DNA of 64,000 bases from an uncultured virus (IMG/VR IMGVR_UViG_3300014819_001231) (taxonomy: Duplodnaviria > Heunggongvirae > Uroviricota > Caudoviricetes), in IMG/VR virus record IMGVR_UViG_3300014819_001231. The stretch is one strand, 5' to 3'. The position numbers and the translations under genes were made by a program. The notes beneath the pieces were generated by a model. That model saw only the letters and a list, made by a program, of their open reading frames with translations. It had not been told where the DNA came from and did not search any database. Shown piece after piece: positions 60,593-64,000 of this stretch (position 1 is its first letter; each line of letters starts with the position of its first letter).

Positions 60593-63500
60593 CTAAACCA
60601 AACCTATAGATCTAAATGTTGCTTTCAAAGAAAAATATTTATCACATAAAATTTCATAAATATAATTTGAATCTATGAATTGTATACCAACATAAACCCC
60701 ATCATAATCCACAAATCCCACCTTTTGCTGACCAGATAGATCTTTTTGATAGAATGACGAAGTAGATGAATCATTAAATTTAAGGACTTTAACTTTTGAC
60801 GCGAGAATTATTTCATTTAATTGGTTAACAAATACACTGTTCCCCGATGGCGCAAGAGAGCCATATACAAGAACCGGAGCGCCACAAGTTATTAAATAAC
60901 TTGTGTAAAGTACATTAATAACAAAAATTTTACCCAAGCAACCGAATGCTATGGAAAAATCTGCTCGATCTGGATGCGCATCATCTTTACACACTGATAT
61001 ATTATCTATATTTTGAGAATCAATTCCAAGATCGCTGAAATCAAATAATTTATATGGCGGATAATTAATATTACTTAAATCGCGAACATAAATTGTTGTA
61101 TTTGTTTTGTACTGTGTGCTTGTTGAAAAAGTATAAAACAATAACACATCTGAATTATATACTTTTATTCCAGGAAAATAGGCATTCACGGTCCCATACA
61201 GAGTGTATGTTGAACTTAAATTCAAGTTTGATAATTCAGGATCATCACTTTGACCCTCCACCAGCCTTAAAGATGAACCGCTGTTAGTATACAATGAATT
61301 AGTCCCATAAATTAAATTTCCATGAGGGGTGGCACCAGCCAAATATAAAACATTATCCTTGTAATCTACGCTAACATAATTTGCAACAGAAAGATAAGGA
61401 AAAATATCATTAGAATTGTCATCTGGGTAATAAGACCCCTGCGGAGATATTTGCACCACAAAATAATTGGGTAAATCCGCCTCATAGTGAAGTGTATTGG
61501 TTGTTGCATATTTACTAGATTGCCCAACTATATGCATAGTGGTGGATTTTGCTAAAGCTGGATATTCTAATGCCAGGTTGCTAAATGTTCCAGAAGAATT
61601 AGGCGTAAATATTAGCTGATTATTATTAGTGTATCTTCTATATGATTCAGTGGAATATTGTCTAATATTTAATGTAGACAATGTGGTAGCGCTGTTAACC
61701 ACTGTTTGCACTGTATTTGTCATGCCATTTTTTTTTGAATCTAATGAGCTTATTTGTGGTTTTGTTCCAGTTCTGAAATAAATATCATAAGGCTTAACAC
61801 CAGACACAATTTTGAATGAACTGCCATTAACTATGTCAGTTTTATAATTCACTTCCATATCTTTGGGCAAAGACACAGACCAGGTGGGGCTATAAATTGC
61901 GCCATTTATTGAAATTCCAACTTTTGGATCAAAGACGACAAAACTACTACTCGGAATATCAAGATATAAAGCATAATCATAACAACTACCCACATACCCA
62001 GACGGTGCAAGGGGCAAATCTTCATAAAAACCAAGTGGAGGTCCTGCGGGCAGTACAGAATTTTGATAACTAAAAAAATTAATTGTTGTTGACTCGACAG
62101 TAATATTTGAAAAATTTAATTCAAATTCTGGTGAATAATTTTCAACAAATACCCTTAACAACAAATTTGTCATTAACGGCGGAAGCGTAAATGGGATTTG
62201 TATTTTATAAGAAAGATTAAAAATTGATTTATTGAATGATTCATATGGTGTGCTAAATATTTTTAATAGAAATTTTCCAGAAATCGTATCGATTAAATCC
62301 ACTTCTAATTTAATTTTTGCTTTTCTCAAAACATCTGTTTTTGCATTTAAGTTTATATTCCAAGTGCCTTCAGCTATTTCTGCGTTTGATAAGTTATTGT
62401 TTATAAAAATAAAATCTATCTCAGTTATTACAGGATTTAAATTTGTACCACCGGTAATTTTTGAAAATATGCTTATAGATTCTGGTGGCTGTTGGAAATT
62501 TAAAGTCAATAATGAACTCAAACTACTGATATCAGTGAAAATTGCATTGTAGGCACGACCGTCATCATGTAATTCACTTGTAAATGTTGTATTAGTAAGA
62601 TAATATTTGTTCGTATCAGCAGTATATTTTCCCGTCCATCCAAAATCTTTTTGAGCTTGTAAAAATCCACCTTTAGAAAAAGACTTTGGGTAATATATTG
62701 GCATATAAATAATAAAATCAGAATTCAAAACAAAAGTTATCTGAGGCAAATCAAAAGAAGATAAGTTATCAAAATTTATATTTTTTGAAATTTCATTTAA
62801 AGTAGTGATTGCATAAATTCCTACATAGAGATCAAATGGCTGAGGAGCAATTTTAAAATTATAATTAGATTCATTAATCATTAAATCGGCATAAATTGTT
62901 TGCAAAGTAGATTCTATGTTTCCAGAAACCAAAACATTATCAAAAGTCCATGATTGGTCATAATTTGTCACTCTTATTGCCGATGGCACATTCCCTGATT
63001 GTGGAATAAATTTCAAATGGTGAGATTTTGCAAAACCACTTATGATAGAATCATTTGGGTCATAGGTAGAATAATTTTGACCTTTATTTAGAGCAAAAAT
63101 TCTATACACAAGTTTTATATCAAAAGCACCAGAAGTATCTAATTTAAGCGCATTAATTGCCGCGGTTAGAAATCCTGGCTGTAAAATATTATTACCAGTA
63201 TAGTCATAAGATGATATTAGTTTAAAAGTTAGTAATGGAGTTTGAGAAAATACTTCTTCAAGTTTAGGACTATTATAGAAAATTTTTGGAATGTAGGTGA
63301 TTGTTTCAGATGGATACTTGTCGGAATTGTTATCATAAGCCCCTAAGCAACTCACCCCTCTCGCTGGGGCACCATAATAAGTCTCTGACTGAATAGATCC
63401 GCCATTTTTGTCAAAATATTGAGCACCATTTGTATCAAAATATGTATTTACAAAAGTTTGTTTTGTGTAGTCTAATAAATCGCTTTGAAATTCATACAAA

Positions 63501-64000
63501 GGATTATCAGATTTGCTGATAATTGTTGAAAGAGGTAAAACAGGAAAGGGGCCAGCGGTATTTTCTTCATTTGCAGTGGCTTTTACGACATATGCTCCAG
63601 ATTGTTGTTTTGTTTTGGGTTGCAAAGTGTTTACAGTAATGTTTTTGTTTTGGATAACATTTGTGGTGCCACGAAAAACAAATTGTTGATAAAAGGGTCT
63701 TGGGCCAATAATTACACCCAGGTCTGTAGATGGAGTGAAGGGAAAAGAAATTATTAAAAGATGAAGATTCAAAGAATGCGCAAACCCAGGTGAATTCGTT
63801 ACATAATCTGGATTGAATACTTTAACATGAGTATTACAACCCACCACTCTATCAAATGCAGGCCAGGTATATCTTCCGCTACTATCTGTACCGCCAGAAA
63901 AATTAACCTGACCTGTGCTAACATCAATTACGCTAACATATGAAGAAGTGGGCACAAATTGACCTGATATAAGCAAAGAATATCCAAGCGCACTGCATGG
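60593..64000 (-). CDS. Large virion structural protein, partial (5' end outside the window)
   Basis: The frame stays open upstream of the called TTG at 63976 to the window edge (PCSALGYSL...). Confidence 0.65.
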   Translation of the reverse strand, partial: PCSALGYSLLISGQFVPTSSYVSVIDVSTGQVNFSGGTDSSGRYTWPAFDRVVGCNTHVKVFNPDYVTNSPGFAHSLNLHLLIISFPFTPSTDLGVIIGPRPFYQQFVFRGTTNVIQNKNITVNTLQPKTKQQSGAYVVKATANEENTAGPFPVLPLSTIISKSDNPLYEFQSDLLDYTKQTFVNTYFDTNGAQYFDKNGGSIQSETYYGAPARGVSCLGAYDNNSDKYPSETITYIPKIFYNSPKLEEVFSQTPLLTFKLISSYDYTGNNILQPGFLTAAINALKLDTSGAFDIKLVYRIFALNKGQNYSTYDPNDSIISGFAKSHHLKFIPQSGNVPSAIRVTNYDQSWTFDNVLVSGNIESTLQTIYADLMINESNYNFKIAPQPFDLYVGIYAITTLNEISKNINFDNLSSFDLPQITFVLNSDFIIYMPIYYPKSFSKGGFLQAQKDFGWTGKYTADTNKYYLTNTTFTSELHDDGRAYNAIFTDISSLSSLLTLNFQQPPESISIFSKITGGTNLNPVITEIDFIFINNNLSNAEIAEGTWNINLNAKTDVLRKAKIKLEVDLIDTISGKFLLKIFSTPYESFNKSIFNLSYKIQIPFTLPPLMTNLLLRVFVENYSPEFELNFSNITVESTTINFFSYQNSVLPAGPPLGFYEDLPLAPSGYVGSCYDYALYLDIPSSSFVVFDPKVGISINGAIYSPTWSVSLPKDMEVNYKTDIVNGSSFKIVSGVKPYDIYFRTGTKPQISSLDSKKNGMTNTVQTVVNSATTLSTLNIRQYSTESYRRYTNNNQLIFTPNSSGTFSNLALEYPALAKSTTMHIVGQSSKYATTNTLHYEADLPNYFVVQISPQGSYYPDDNSNDIFPYLSVANYVSVDYKDNVLYLAGATPHGNLIYGTNSLYTNSGSSLRLVEGQSDDPELSNLNLSSTYTLYGTVNAYFPGIKVYNSDVLLFYTFSTSTQYKTNTTIYVRDLSNINYPPYKLFDFSDLGIDSQNIDNISVCKDDAHPDRADFSIAFGCLGKIFVINVLYTSYLITCGAPVLVYGSLAPSGNSVFVNQLNEIILASKVKVLKFNDSSTSSFYQKDLSGQQKVGFVDYDGVYVGIQFIDSNYIYEILCDKYFSLKATFRSIGLV

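Noticed and set aside
1..64000. Stop-codon reassignment, as in some large phages
   Set aside because: Very long ORFs are intact in the standard code, and TAA, TGA and TAG all end genes at sensible boundaries.
1..64000. Diversity-generating retroelement acting on fibre genes; tRNA genes
   Set aside because: I saw no reverse transcriptase, no adenine-variant repeat pair and no cloverleaf. This was by eye only, so a computational scan could still find something.

Overview
Very AT-rich, gene-dense segment that reads as the virion-morphogenesis region of a large (jumbo-type) tailed bacteriophage, almost all on the minus strand. From right to left it holds: a baseplate-hub-like gene; a run of giant N/S/T/I/G-rich structural or adhesin proteins (1056-4201 aa, with NHL, Asp-box, RCC1-like, PQQ-like, PA14/PKD-like and vWA motifs); an accessory block (SpeD-like, ATE/Bpt-like aminoacyl-transferase, RusA, amidase endolysin, DUF6065); a head/neck module (Mu gp36-like adaptor, tail-terminator-like, SPP1 gp7/MuF motif, dead PHP fold); and tail-fibre genes. 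The standout is a cassette at 45.1-51.9 kb with four Hint (intein-like) domains. Three form a tandem array ending in His-Ser instead of His-Asn, attached through a (Pro-Ser)41 tether to a frameshift-split PQQ-like propeller. Also seen: a position-conserved AGG-N20-AAW promoter-like motif 31-35 nt upstream of most operon-leading genes, a shared M-W-Y...K-x-A/S N-terminal tag on unrelated head-region genes, and a vWA domain split across two genes. All family assignments are by eye from motifs; no searches were run.
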